From IMG/VR virus record IMGVR_UViG_3300004481_000286, positions 1-40,546 of that record: a stretch of 40,546 bases of DNA. The stretch is one strand, 5' to 3'. Within the stretch, counting starts at the first letter, position 1; the number at the start of each line of letters is the position of its first letter. The notes under the pieces were generated by a model. The model had not been told where the DNA came from. It saw only the letters and a list, made by a program, of their open reading frames with translations, and ran no database searches. The position numbers and the translations under genes were made by a program. Source of the DNA: a virus. Below, one piece after another: positions 30,573 through 39,883 of the stretch.

Positions 30573-32722
30573 CAGAGCACACGGAATGAGCCGTTAACAA
30601 TTGAGTTGCTGATCTCCGCGATGTCGCTACCGCTCACCGGGAAATGCTCTGCCTCAATCGTACTGCCGCCATCAGTGCCGTAGGTGATGCCAGTGATCTG
30701 ATACCACTCAATTTCGGTGCGATTGTCGCCGCGTGATGAGATTCGCTGCCGCTGGATTTTGATGATGTCAGTCGGCTTGAGTCCAGTGGTGATCAGCGCC
30801 GTTTGAAAGCTGATGGTATGGGTTGAAAACTTGCGTTTTGCCAGCTCATACTTGGCATAGATCACCGCATGGTCTGGGCTGGCGCAGAAGTCCGTCATGT
30901 CGAATTGCTCTACTGGCGCGTCTAGCGCCGTGGTGGTGTAAGCCACCTGTTTGGTGCGTTGAATGCCGATCTCGCTTGGGTTGGCTTCGCGATAAAGCAT
31001 CACTGCGATGAAGTCCTGCCGATCTGACACGGCGCGAAATGACTTACTGAAACTGCCAGGCAGGATCTCGTCTTCGGTGAACGTAGCGGCTGGCGTCAAT
31101 GCCGTTAGCTTGATTGCGTTTCCTGTTAGCGGCAGCAACGGCTCGAAGCGATACTGCCCGCCAAGCGACAGGAATGACAGCAGGAAATACGGCGCCAACG
31201 TTGAGGCGATGTCAATGATGTTGACCGTCTCATCCAATACGCCATTAAAAAACAGGTTGTATTGGGTGCAGAATGCTGCAATGCTGGTCAGGTTGCCGAT
31301 GAAAATCGGCGATGCAATATCAGCCGTTGCGGCGCCATTGGCTTGCTTGTAGATGGTGAAGAGGTACATCACCAGATCCACTAGCTGATTGCTAGCGCCA
31401 CGCGGGTATACGCCGGCCACAAGCCCGCCGCTGTATAGGTCAACCTTGACGCCTTGCTCGTAATAGATAAAGATCTGTTTGGTGGTAGTCGGGAACGAAC
31501 CCTCGCTCGGCGGATCGTAAATGTCGCCTTCGATCCTCAGGAATGTGATGTCTGCATAGGCGGAATTGTTAGCGCTTGGCGTTGATGCTGGGTTTGCATA
31601 TGGGGTTTCAATAATTTCATATTGCGTGCCAATCAAGGTTCCCGTGCTAGCAGGCAGTGATGGATTGTATTGAGTATCAACTACAGCAACTGTATTTTGG
31701 AATATTGGCTTTGCCCCTGCTGGTATGCCGAGCGCCGCTGCGATGCCGCCAGATCCAAGCTCGATATATCCAAACAAGGCAACGCCATCAAGTATTGTTC
31801 CAACAGTTCGGCCCCCGCTAGTGGCAGAGTTAAAGTTTTCTGCAAATGTAAGGCTCGGGGAGTAACCTGTAAAAGCAAGCCATGCGGCAGTAACATCTGC
31901 GCCATTATCAGAATTAAAAACTTGAATATCGGCGACTGTGTAGGTAAAAACAGTGTTGCTGGTGTCGCCCGTGCCCCTGGTGATTATGCGAAGGCCTGTG
32001 TACACACCTGCGTCAACATTGGAGGAATTGGTAAAAACAAAACCAACTTCTGCCTTAAATACTTGCTCAAGGTAGGAAAACGTCTCAACCCCGCAAAACA
32101 AAGTGCTGCCGCCAATCGGGCAAACATTTGGTGCCGCCGCAAGGCTTGCGGCTGTTGCGTAATCATGCTGCAGCGTGATGGTTTGATCTTCCAGAAATGC
32201 AATATTGCGCAGTCCTACCCATGCGCGATGCTTTGCAGGTGCACTGACGATTTCGCCTTGGCTTACTGGATACAGGAAGCTGCCAACAAATAGCTTGGTG
32301 CCAGACTTTACAAGCGGCGGCTGAATCCACACGCCGCCGATATTATTGGCACGCTTGCCAAATACAATCGGGATGGTTTCGCCTGGTGTGCCGATGCGTT
32401 GCGCCTTGTCGATATCAGCTGATGGCTTCTTGCTGGTCAGCAGCGAATCATCCAGTTTCTTGCCAGCGCGTGCTGGCTTAGCTTTCTCTTGTGGTGCTGC
32501 TTGAAATGTTGGCTCAGTTCGCGGCGGCGCGATAGCTGCCGCTACAGCCGCAATAGGCGCACTTGGCGGAATCTTCGAAGGGGGAGGTGCCTTGAATCCA
32601 CGGCTGGCCGCGTCGATGTAGCTTTTGTATTTGCTACCGCTTGCGGAAAGTGCAATGTCCTGCTTAGCCTGCGAAATGCCGCTAGCTGCGGCCTGAATAA
32701 CTTGCTGCGCTGGCGTCGTCAC
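30572..32722 (-). CDS. large tail tip / central fibre protein (gpJ-like host-specificity candidate)
   Basis: 716 aa in the position of the tail tip genes. GETIPIVFGKRANNIGGVWIQPPL resembles the conserved gpJ/Phage-tail_3 motif (from memory). Confidence 0.6.
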   Translation of the reverse strand: MTTPAQQVIQAAASGISQAKQDIALSASGSKYKSYIDAASRGFKAPPPSKIPPSAPIAAVAAAIAPPRTEPTFQAAPQEKAKPARAGKKLDDSLLTSKKPSADIDKAQRIGTPGETIPIVFGKRANNIGGVWIQPPLVKSGTKLFVGSFLYPVSQGEIVSAPAKHRAWVGLRNIAFLEDQTITLQHDYATAASLAAAPNVCPIGGSTLFCGVETFSYLEQVFKAEVGFVFTNSSNVDAGVYTGLRIITRGTGDTSNTVFTYTVADIQVFNSDNGADVTAAWLAFTGYSPSLTFAENFNSATSGGRTVGTILDGVALFGYIELGSGGIAAALGIPAGAKPIFQNTVAVVDTQYNPSLPASTGTLIGTQYEIIETPYANPASTPSANNSAYADITFLRIEGDIYDPPSEGSFPTTTKQIFIYYEQGVKVDLYSGGLVAGVYPRGASNQLVDLVMYLFTIYKQANGAATADIASPIFIGNLTSIAAFCTQYNLFFNGVLDETVNIIDIASTLAPYFLLSFLSLGGQYRFEPLLPLTGNAIKLTALTPAATFTEDEILPGSFSKSFRAVSDRQDFIAVMLYREANPSEIGIQRTKQVAYTTTALDAPVEQFDMTDFCASPDHAVIYAKYELAKRKFSTHTISFQTALITTGLKPTDIIKIQRQRISSRGDNRTEIEWYQITGITYGTDGGSTIEAEHFPVSGSDIAEISNSIVNGSFRVL

Positions 32723-32938
32723 TTAATCCACCTCCATGGGGCAGCTGCAGTGAATCATCGTGGCAAGCTGGGCTGAGATTAAAAACATGCCGCCGTTGAT
32801 CTTTTCAACGCATAATTTCCGGCCATCGGGGTCGGTGTAGATCCGCTTACCATCGCAAACCTTCAGCGTCACATTTTCATGGCAACTGCCGTCGTGGCAT
32901 GTCACGCTCAGATCTTTGGCGATCAAATGCTCGCTCAT
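32723..32938 (-). CDS. small Cys/His-rich tail tip protein
   Basis: 71 aa with TCHDGSCHE, VCDG, LCVE and HCSCP. It is coupled to its neighbours. Confidence 0.45.
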   Translation of the reverse strand: MSEHLIAKDLSVTCHDGSCHENVTLKVCDGKRIYTDPDGRKLCVEKINGGMFLISAQLATMIHCSCPMEVD

Positions 32939-33441
32939 CGCCCCGTAAACCTTCCAATCAGGTCTGATGCAATCTTACGGCTAGGCACTTGGCCTTTTTG
33001 CTTGTCAATGGCTGGGTTCACCGACCAAGTGATGGCCGTATCGCTGAGCGCGGCAGATTCAATGCTGCCGATGTAGCGGCTGATGATTTGCGCGCTGCTG
33101 GCATCAAATGAATCTTGGCCAGGATCCTGCACGATCAGGCTTGCGATCACAAGCGAGCCACCGCCTACAGCTTGCTCAGTCAGATCAACCACGTCACCAA
33201 CCGCAGCAATATCTACGTTGAGCTGGTTGATCGACCCAGCATCAACCGAGCTAAATCCGTCAACATCAAACGCCAAATAGAAATAGCTGCCTGCCACGTC
33301 GGTGTCAATGCTGAATGTTTGCGCTACTTGGTAGAAATTCTGCCACTGCCGCGTTGGCGCACGTTTACCGCTGATCGGATCACGCACGTTTGTGCGGTCG
33401 GCGTAATATTCAAGAAAACACATGATGTCGTAGTCGTTCAT
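32935..33441 (-). CDS. minor tail / distal tail protein candidate
   Basis: 168 aa, immediately downstream of the tape-measure gene. The assignment rests on position only. Confidence 0.5.
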   Translation of the reverse strand: MNDYDIMCFLEYYADRTNVRDPISGKRAPTRQWQNFYQVAQTFSIDTDVAGSYFYLAFDVDGFSSVDAGSINQLNVDIAAVGDVVDLTEQAVGGGSLVIASLIVQDPGQDSFDASSAQIISRYIGSIESAALSDTAITWSVNPAIDKQKGQVPSRKIASDLIGRFTGR

Positions 33442-35669
33442 CAGGCCAGCCCCACTGCGCGGCGTGTGCCGCGATCATTGCGCATCATGTTGAGCGTCTG
33501 CTGCACGCCAGCCTGCACGGCGCGGCTCATGTCTTGAGTGGTGACGTAGTTCTGGCCGTTCATCTGCACAACAGGGCCCGTCTGGATGCTGATCGTAGGT
33601 GCTGCGCCGCCGCCGCCAGGCATTGTCACAGCCCCACGCTCGCCAGATAAATAATTACTGGTGAAACTTGCCGCGCCAGACTCTGGCACAATGTAATTAG
33701 CACTGCTGCTAGTCGCCGCAGATGCAACATTAGCTCTTGTTGTCGTTGTTGTCGTTGCTCCATAGATTTTTTTTGTAAGCGCATTTTGACTCATTCCGCT
33801 AGCTGCAGCGGCTGCTTTTTGAAATCCAGCTGCAAAACGCTCGGACTGGTTTGCTGCATCGCTAGTATTCTTTGCCAGAATGTTGGTTTCAAATGCAGCC
33901 CCGGCAGCATTAATTTTTCCTTGCAATGTTGCCTTAGCTGCGCGTTCCTGCTGAGTTGCAATCAATCGCGTCGTGCCAGCTTGTATACTTGCCAAATTGA
34001 CGGATTCATTCGCAAGCTGAAGCGATTTGTAGTGCGATTCATTGACGCGCCCTTCCGCCCTTGCTATTTCAACAATTATTTGCACTTGTTTTGCTTTTTG
34101 CTCAGTTGCCATTAATGCCAAATGAGCTTTTTCTACTTCAGCAGCAATCTGTGCCCTTGTGGCCTCGTACTCAAGCTTTGCCTGTTGTACGGTTAGCTGA
34201 TAAATGTCGCGAGCGACCGCAACTCTTTGCGCCTGAGTTTTTGCGCCATCAAGTTGGCGGTTTAACTGATCCAACAGCACATCATTGATTTGCATTTCTG
34301 CTTGAAGGTAAGCCTGTTTTATCGATGATTGCTGATTAGCTATCAATTCACTTTCCCTGGCATTCGCATCAATAGCGACTCCTGATTCTTTGATTGCATC
34401 TGTAACCGCCTGTTGCTGCTCTTTCAATTCTTTTGCTGCACCCTTTGCGTTATTAATTTTTTCTGGCATTGAAGAATATTGGCCGACAGTGCCAGCGGTT
34501 GCTTTCTCAACTTCTTTCTGCCCAGCTGCAAATTTGGAAACCTCCTGATTGCTTATGCCAAGATGATTAAGTAGTCTGCCTACCTGCTCGGCAATAAACT
34601 TAAAAACTGGATTCTGAGCCAGCTCTGCGAATTTAGTGACAACAAACCCAATGATGGGGCTTAAAAACTCAACAGCCTTAACAATGCGCTGAATACCAAC
34701 CAAGATTGCGCCTTGGATATAGCCAACAATAGTATCCCACGGAATTTGGTTCCAGAGGTTTTGGAATGCTGCGATAGCTGGCTGCAATGCTTGCAGCACT
34801 TGCGGCAGCACATTCTTGCCTAGATAGTCCCACCACTCCGACAACTTTTGCCCAGCAGCTGCTAATAGCTCGGCGCCTTTAATTACAAATGGTGCGAATA
34901 CTTGGCCAATCGTATTTAGCAGGCTATCGGTAACGCGCCCCAGATTATTAAATGCTTTTTGCTGGTCAGTCAGTTTTGCGTTGAGATCGCCAGCAGCGCC
35001 GGCAGATTGCGCCAATGCTCTATACAGTACCTCGCTAGTAATCTCGCCTTGCTCTGCCATGCCGGCTAGCTCACCACGGCTGCGGCCTGTTTCTTTTGCA
35101 ATTGCATCAAGCAGTCCAGGCATCCGCTCGGATACGCTTACAAACTCATCACCATTCAGCTTGCCTTTGCCTAGTGCCTGGCTGAGCTGGAAGAATACAC
35201 CAGCAGCATCAGCCCCTGAAATGCCAGACTGCTTGGCGACGACATTGAATCCTTCGTAGATCTCGGTTGTTTCTTTGAGGCCAAATCCGACGCCTTTCAG
35301 TCGCCCGTAAACATCAGCCAGCGCTGTTGTTGCTTCGGTTTGTGAAATGCCAAACTTCTCTGATGTAGATGCAGCAGCTGCTAATGCGGCCTGATATTCT
35401 CCGGTAGAGCTAGATAGGTTTTTTAACCGCTGCTCAGCGGCGCCGCGTTCAAACGCAACTGAGAGGCCTTTCTGAACAGTGGCAACTGCAGTTGATACCG
35501 CCAGCAGCGGTCCTAATGCTGCCTGCAGTGCTGCGCCGAATCCTTTAGCACCAACCGCCGCGCCTTTTAATCCGCTGTCAAGGCCTTTGCTTGCTTGATC
35601 AACCGCCTTGAGCTGACCAAGTGCCTTAGTGGCGTCAACGTTGATCGCAACATTGGCAACAACAGACAC
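33441..35669 (-). CDS. tail tape-measure protein
   Basis: 742 aa. The N-terminal tape-measure motif is FFQLSQALGKGKLNGDEFVSVSERMPGLLDAIAKETGRSRGELAGMAEQGEITS. It has a long helical Ala/Gln-rich body. The GTG start has AGGAGG upstream. Confidence 0.9.
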   Translation of the reverse strand: MSVVANVAINVDATKALGQLKAVDQASKGLDSGLKGAAVGAKGFGAALQAALGPLLAVSTAVATVQKGLSVAFERGAAEQRLKNLSSSTGEYQAALAAAASTSEKFGISQTEATTALADVYGRLKGVGFGLKETTEIYEGFNVVAKQSGISGADAAGVFFQLSQALGKGKLNGDEFVSVSERMPGLLDAIAKETGRSRGELAGMAEQGEITSEVLYRALAQSAGAAGDLNAKLTDQQKAFNNLGRVTDSLLNTIGQVFAPFVIKGAELLAAAGQKLSEWWDYLGKNVLPQVLQALQPAIAAFQNLWNQIPWDTIVGYIQGAILVGIQRIVKAVEFLSPIIGFVVTKFAELAQNPVFKFIAEQVGRLLNHLGISNQEVSKFAAGQKEVEKATAGTVGQYSSMPEKINNAKGAAKELKEQQQAVTDAIKESGVAIDANARESELIANQQSSIKQAYLQAEMQINDVLLDQLNRQLDGAKTQAQRVAVARDIYQLTVQQAKLEYEATRAQIAAEVEKAHLALMATEQKAKQVQIIVEIARAEGRVNESHYKSLQLANESVNLASIQAGTTRLIATQQERAAKATLQGKINAAGAAFETNILAKNTSDAANQSERFAAGFQKAAAAASGMSQNALTKKIYGATTTTTTRANVASAATSSSANYIVPESGAASFTSNYLSGERGAVTMPGGGGAAPTISIQTGPVVQMNGQNYVTTQDMSRAVQAGVQQTLNMMRNDRGTRRAVGLA

Positions 35670-35693
35670 GGCGGCACCTCCTGTAGTTACAGT

Positions 35694-36223
35694 CTACCGT
35701 CGCTTGGCTTTACGCATGGCGTCTTCATGCTCCTTGCCTTCGATTTCGTACAGCATGGCCCACAACCGCAGCTCTTCAATCGTGATGCGCTGGCTTAGTT
35801 CCAAGACTGTATAGCCAAGGTCACGCGCCAAGCGCATCATGAGCCGCATGTAGATGTCACGCTTCAGCTCTTTTTTGCTTCTTCCTCTTCTACGTCATTT
35901 TTGTCGGTGATAACCGCAAGCATCAGCGCCTGCAGGTCTTCATCACGCACTTCGTTCTTTAGCTCGGCTACCTCGCCAGCACGAAACAACGGCTGACCTG
36001 CGTCGTCCTTAGCCTTCTGAATCAGCAGCTGCAATGCAAATGCCGTAGCCTCTTCGCTGCCAGCATCCTTTTGGGCCTTCTCGCGCTCCGCCATCGTCAG
36101 CGGTGTGCAGTAAAAATCAAACTCGGTGCCATCGCTAAGGGTGACACACTTTTTAATTGGCACCAGATGGGCAGCCTTTTTCAGCTTATCAAGTGCACGC
36201 ATGGATGTTCTTTGTGTAGTCAT
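35694..36223 (-). CDS. tail assembly chaperone -1 frameshift product (gpGT-like)
   Basis: After a -1 slip at 35876-35870, the -1 frame stays open for 58 codons (ELKRDIYMRLMMRLARDLGYTVLELSQRITIEELRLWAMLYEIEGKEHEDAMRKAKRR). It reaches the TAG at 35696-35694, just before the tape-measure start. Confidence 0.6.
35864..36223 (-). CDS. tail assembly chaperone (gpG-like)
   Basis: 119 aa and acidic, lying between the major tail and tape-measure genes. It ends just after an A_AAA_AAG slippery site. Confidence 0.75.
   Translation of the reverse strand: MTTQRTSMRALDKLKKAAHLVPIKKCVTLSDGTEFDFYCTPLTMAEREKAQKDAGSEEATAFALQLLIQKAKDDAGQPLFRAGEVAELKNEVRDEDLQALMLAVITDKNDVEEEEAKKS
35870..35876 (-). promoter_or_regulatory. 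-1 programmed ribosomal frameshift slippery heptamer A_AAA_AAG
   Basis: Read directly. The minus strand reads GCA AAA AAG AGC TGA. Confidence 0.65.
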
Positions 36224-36240
36224 GAAATAACTCTAGGCGC

Positions 36241-36268
36241 AAAAAAGCCCCAGCGCAAGCCGGGGCTG
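36241..36268 (-). terminator. rho-independent terminator/attenuator downstream of the major tail gene
   Basis: The minus strand reads AGCCCCGGC-TTGC-GCTGGGGCT, a 9-bp stem with one G-U pair, followed by TTTTTT. Confidence 0.7.
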
Positions 36269-36276
36269 ATTTGTTA

Positions 36277-37047
36277 TCAGGCAGACTTGCTGAAGTCGAA
36301 CACCGGAGTAGCCGCCGGGCGGAAGGCGATTTCGACCATCTGCGCGTCATCGGGGTTGACGGTCAGGCTGGCAGAAGTCAGCACTGCTTCAAACTCGATG
36401 CTGCGGCTCAGGTTGCTGCTGACGGTGCCTGCGCTGGTAACGCGGTCGATGTACAGCTTGAAGCTAGCGCCGGCCTGGGTGCTTTGGATCACATCCTGCA
36501 CCATACGGTTGCCAAGGTTGGCATCGTCGTCGGTCAGGTACACCATGCAGGAACCTTCACCATCGGCAAAGCCGGTGATGTAGCGGCGGAATGGTGCGTA
36601 CTGCCCAGCGGTTTGACCGATGGTTGTAACGTCGATTTCTTCACGGGTGATCTCAAACGACCACTCGCGTACATCACCCACGGCGACGTAATCGGCGTAA
36701 GCAACCTGGAACGCGTTAGGTGCAACGGCGGTGCCGTCATCAGTGATCGCGATAGAAGCGCCGCCAAGGGTGGCGGAGACTTGCATCACGCCAGTAGATG
36801 CGGTGTAGCTAATGACGTAGTAGACGGTGCCAGCGGTGATGCCAGCAGGTACGGTGCCGGTGCCAGATGCGCCGGTTTCAACATTGACGACCGAAAACTT
36901 GACGGGATCGCCGACTTTGAAATTGAGGAACGATGCAACCGTGATCTCATCATCGGCGACATCGACGGCGGTTTCGCCAAACGTTGCCTTGGTGGCAGCG
37001 GGTTTGTAATAGAGGGCGCCGGACGTACCGGACAGAACAGTTGCCAT
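36277..37047 (-). CDS. major tail (tube) protein
   Basis: 256 aa, lying between the tail terminator and the chaperone genes and followed by a strong terminator. It is beta-rich. The long plus ORF 36271-37095 is antisense noise. Confidence 0.72.
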   Translation of the reverse strand: MATVLSGTSGALYYKPAATKATFGETAVDVADDEITVASFLNFKVGDPVKFSVVNVETGASGTGTVPAGITAGTVYYVISYTASTGVMQVSATLGGASIAITDDGTAVAPNAFQVAYADYVAVGDVREWSFEITREEIDVTTIGQTAGQYAPFRRYITGFADGEGSCMVYLTDDDANLGNRMVQDVIQSTQAGASFKLYIDRVTSAGTVSSNLSRSIEFEAVLTSASLTVNPDDAQMVEIAFRPAATPVFDFSKSA

Positions 37048-37069
37048 TGTGTGAACGGTAGTGGCTGCG

Positions 37070-37477
37070 TCAGTCTAAATAGGCTTCAAACGTAATTGTC
37101 ACCTGCGTCTGATAATACGCCTCAGGCGCTGCTGGCGTTACCTGCGCCGGGCCTGATGCCGCATCAAAGATGATGCTGTTGAGCCGCAGGCGGTCGAATA
37201 GATCCTTCAGCCGCTCGGCAATACCAAAATTGACAGCCGCGCCACTGCCCTGCGGAGCGAAGACATTGATCACCAAGGTGCCGGTTTGGCGGTTAAAGCT
37301 AGTCAACGTGGCATAGCTGTTATCGCCAAATCGGATCAATGCCTGCACCCATGGCGTGTTGTTAGGCGGCGTAAACGGTACGTTCTGGTAGCTGACCGGA
37401 TAGGTGGGCTCTGTCGCCATCTCGGCAGCGATGCGCTCTTCGATGATCGCTCGAACGTCGTTGTAAGTGCTAGTCAT
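37070..37477 (-). CDS. tail terminator / tail completion protein (DUF4128-like)
   Basis: 135 aa. YQNVPFTPPNNTPWVQALIRFGD...GTLVINVFAPQGSG resembles the DUF4128 tail-terminator pattern (from memory). The position also fits. Confidence 0.65.
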   Translation of the reverse strand: MTSTYNDVRAIIEERIAAEMATEPTYPVSYQNVPFTPPNNTPWVQALIRFGDNSYATLTSFNRQTGTLVINVFAPQGSGAAVNFGIAERLKDLFDRLRLNSIIFDAASGPAQVTPAAPEAYYQTQVTITFEAYLD

Positions 37478-37881
37478 GACTCCCTCCCGATGCGCGCAGC
37501 ATTAACGCGGACAAACTGCTGCATATCTTTAGCGATGCCTTGGACCCAACCTGCAGGCGCCTGACCGGACCAGCCTTGCGCCAACCGCTCAGCATATGGC
37601 AGATTATTGTGCACGCTATAGACGTTGCCAATTTTTTCTTGGCCTAGCGTGTAATTGACGGCCAAAGGCGGTGCAGGTTTATTGCGGTAATCGCCCGGTG
37701 GTGGCCCTTGATAGGGTGCAGCGTTTTCGCCAATGGCCCAGCCAAGTCGGAATCTTCCAGTGTCGACCGGGCTCTTGGTTTTGACGAGCTCATCAGTTTT
37801 AAGCACTGTCGTACGCAGCAGCTGATCCATCCGGTCTTGGATGTAATCACCGATCTGATTGACGCGGATGATGCGTGCCAT
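37474..37881 (-). CDS. HK97 gp10-family neck / head-tail joining protein
   Basis: KSPVDTGRFRLGW is the hallmark motif of the HK97 gp10 family. The position also fits. Confidence 0.75.
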   Translation of the reverse strand: MARIIRVNQIGDYIQDRMDQLLRTTVLKTDELVKTKSPVDTGRFRLGWAIGENAAPYQGPPPGDYRNKPAPPLAVNYTLGQEKIGNVYSVHNNLPYAERLAQGWSGQAPAGWVQGIAKDMQQFVRVNAARIGRES

Positions 37882-38237
37882 TATGCCCTCAGAATCAGCT
37901 CATAGGTGATAGCAGTATTGTCCTGCTCAATGGTCTGCACCTGGATCACCTGATGGGTAACACCTGTGATGATCACGCGGTCAGCATTGGTTGGCGCTGA
38001 TGCCGTATCAGCTGCAGCAATCAGCAACCGCTTGTCGCCAGCTTGAATCAGGTCGTTCACTTCACGCAGGTTCACGTCCTGCAGCACACCACGCACCACG
38101 GTGTCAGTTGTGGTTTCAGCGGCGGTGCCAGTGGTTGCGTTGTAGGCGCCAAGCGTTACACGGCGAATGGTTGCACTGCCGCCAAACTTCGCCATCAACT
38201 TGCTGGCAACCTTGCGTAGCGGACTGGCTAGTGTCAT
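37881..38237 (-). CDS. head closure / head-tail adaptor protein (candidate)
   Basis: 118 aa. The assignment rests on position and size only. Confidence 0.5.
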   Translation of the reverse strand: MTLASPLRKVASKLMAKFGGSATIRRVTLGAYNATTGTAAETTTDTVVRGVLQDVNLREVNDLIQAGDKRLLIAAADTASAPTNADRVIITGVTHQVIQVQTIEQDNTAITYELILRA

Positions 38238-38770
38238 TACGCAACCTGGACTGCTGTCAGGATAATGCCGGGAACAGACGGATGCGCTGGGCCTGACTCT
38301 GACGCCGGCAGCGATTCTATCTTGGCCGCGACGTTAGTCGTTGACCATATTAGCTCTAGGTAATCATTGGCAACTAACTTCAAGGCATAATTAACGCAAC
38401 CAATAACATGCCCATTTACGTTGCCATGTTTGGCGATAATGCTGAACCGGCTGTCGCTGGCCGGCACGTCGCCAGCACTGCCTTCATTGTTCTTGCGCAG
38501 CCAGATATTAATGTCGTGAATAGAATTGTCGCTGTTTACAAATTGCACAGAGTAAGTGATACTGTAAACACCACTTCTGGAAAATGTTAGCCTTGATCCG
38601 CTGGCAATGCTGATGCCTCTGCTATCTGGGTCAGCGCTGTTGATACCGACGGAATATGCCGTATTAGCCGCCTGTGCAGTTTGCGTTGTGGTGTCGTAAA
38701 ACGACCCCCACAGCATTTGATTGCGAACTGTATCAAGGCCACTTGTAAACGGATTGAGCTTAAATGCCAT
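38237..38770 (-). CDS. C1q/TNF-like (BclA C-terminal-like) jelly-roll protein inserted in the neck module
   Basis: 177 aa. GVYSITYSVQFVNSDNSIHDINIWLRKNNEG...GCVNYALKLVANDYLELIW resembles the C1q-like beta-sandwich pattern (from memory). Confidence 0.45.
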   Translation of the reverse strand: MAFKLNPFTSGLDTVRNQMLWGSFYDTTTQTAQAANTAYSVGINSADPDSRGISIASGSRLTFSRSGVYSITYSVQFVNSDNSIHDINIWLRKNNEGSAGDVPASDSRFSIIAKHGNVNGHVIGCVNYALKLVANDYLELIWSTTNVAAKIESLPASESGPAHPSVPGIILTAVQVA

Positions 38771-38773
38771 TGC

Positions 38774-38983
38774 TCAACTCCGAACAACGGTAAGCAGGTT
38801 ATTGTTGCCGTCGTAGGTCATTGTCAGCACTGCCACGGTTTTGCCGCTTGTGCCGCCACGCTTGTATGTTGCAGTTAGCAAGTTGTTTGCGCCGTCGTAT
38901 GTATTAACAATGCAATCATGCGTAGGGATTTCAAGCCCTTCGCGTGCTACCGCATCACCACCACCAGGAAGAACGTAAGCCAT
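38774..38983 (-). CDS. 69-aa protein with two YD-like repeats
   Basis: TYDGANNLLTATY and TYDGNNNLLTVV are both present. Confidence 0.45.
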   Translation of the reverse strand: MAYVLPGGGDAVAREGLEIPTHDCIVNTYDGANNLLTATYKRGGTSGKTVAVLTMTYDGNNNLLTVVRS

Positions 38984-39210
38984 TAAAGCCTGTAAGCGAC
39001 GACAGTGCCGCTGGTCAAGGTGATGCTGGTAAACACGCCTTCAAGTTCAGTGCTTGCCTTAAACGGGATGGCGCTCAGCGTGTTGCCGGTCCAGTCTTGA
39101 GCTGTCAGGCTGGCGATCACCGAATCCTCAAGCGCAACGATCTTGCCAAAGCGGCCAGCGTGAGCCACCGTGTCGTCAATGAACTCAGCGCCGGGATAGG
39201 CGTAACCCAT
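38983..39210 (-). CDS. hypothetical structural-module protein
   Basis: 75-aa ORF coupled to its neighbours. Confidence 0.45.
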   Translation of the reverse strand: MGYAYPGAEFIDDTVAHAGRFGKIVALEDSVIASLTAQDWTGNTLSAIPFKASTELEGVFTSITLTSGTVVAYRL

Positions 39211-39212
39211 GA

Positions 39213-39776
39213 TCAGCTCCGCTTAATAGCAACGTTTCCTGGTCCACTAATTCTAAGCCCAGTCAGGTATCGTTCCATGATTGGCGGCACCTTATCCGCA
39301 CCAACGGCGCCGTAGCCAAGATTGGGCGTCACGTCAATGCTGCCGATCTTGACGTTCTTGTAATCCTCAAGGCCACTTAAGCCAAGGCCGTCAGGGTTGT
39401 TATGCAGGTATGTTGCTAGCACTACCTGCGCATACTGCACCTGCGTTGGGATTTCGGTGTCGGTGAAATAATCAGTGGTAATCCGAAACGGAAAGCCGAC
39501 GGCGTAGGTATTGATGTAAGTGTCAGGCTTGCGGACACCAGTACGCGGCCACTGCAAAGCCTGCGTATCAGTAGCGCGGGCACCTAAAAACCGCTCGCGG
39601 TCAAGCCGTTGCGTTGCACTAAACAGCGCACGGTTCTTTTGGTCAGTGGTTGCAGTTGCCCATGCGGTTACATCGGCATCCTGCACAAAGCCATCAATGA
39701 TGGCTTGCGCATCAGCCAGCGTCAGGTACGAGTTTGCGTCGGCGGCCCCTGGTGTGGCCACGATCGTGATTGCCAT
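39213..39776 (-). CDS. head-tail connector protein (gp6-like / DnaT_2-like)
   Basis: ANSYLTLADAQAII...WATATTDQKNRALFSATQRLDRERFLGARATDTQALQWPRTG matches the typical head-tail connector motif. Confidence 0.72.
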   Translation of the reverse strand: MAITIVATPGAADANSYLTLADAQAIIDGFVQDADVTAWATATTDQKNRALFSATQRLDRERFLGARATDTQALQWPRTGVRKPDTYINTYAVGFPFRITTDYFTDTEIPTQVQYAQVVLATYLHNNPDGLGLSGLEDYKNVKIGSIDVTPNLGYGAVGADKVPPIMERYLTGLRISGPGNVAIKRS

Positions 39777-39883
39777 CAGTCTGCACCTCTGGTGTCAGTG
39801 TAGGCTCTGCAATAGAAAAAGAGGCCGCCGCGTTAGCAGCAGCCTCCAGTTCACGCAGTCGCCGGAAAGCGAACAAACCCATA

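Noticed and set aside
36271-37095. 274-aa plus-strand ORF opposite the major tail protein gene
   Set aside because: It has antisense-type Gly/Ala/Asp/Arg-rich composition and no ribosome-binding context. The minus-strand gene fits the synteny and is followed by a terminator.
39712-39882. 56-aa minus ORF (MGLFAFRRLRELEAAANAAASFSIAEPTL...) between the decoration-like gene and the connector
   Set aside because: It fills the 107-bp gap but overlaps the connector start by 65 nt, and its tail is out-of-frame connector sequence. It may be a short real peptide, but I cannot support it.
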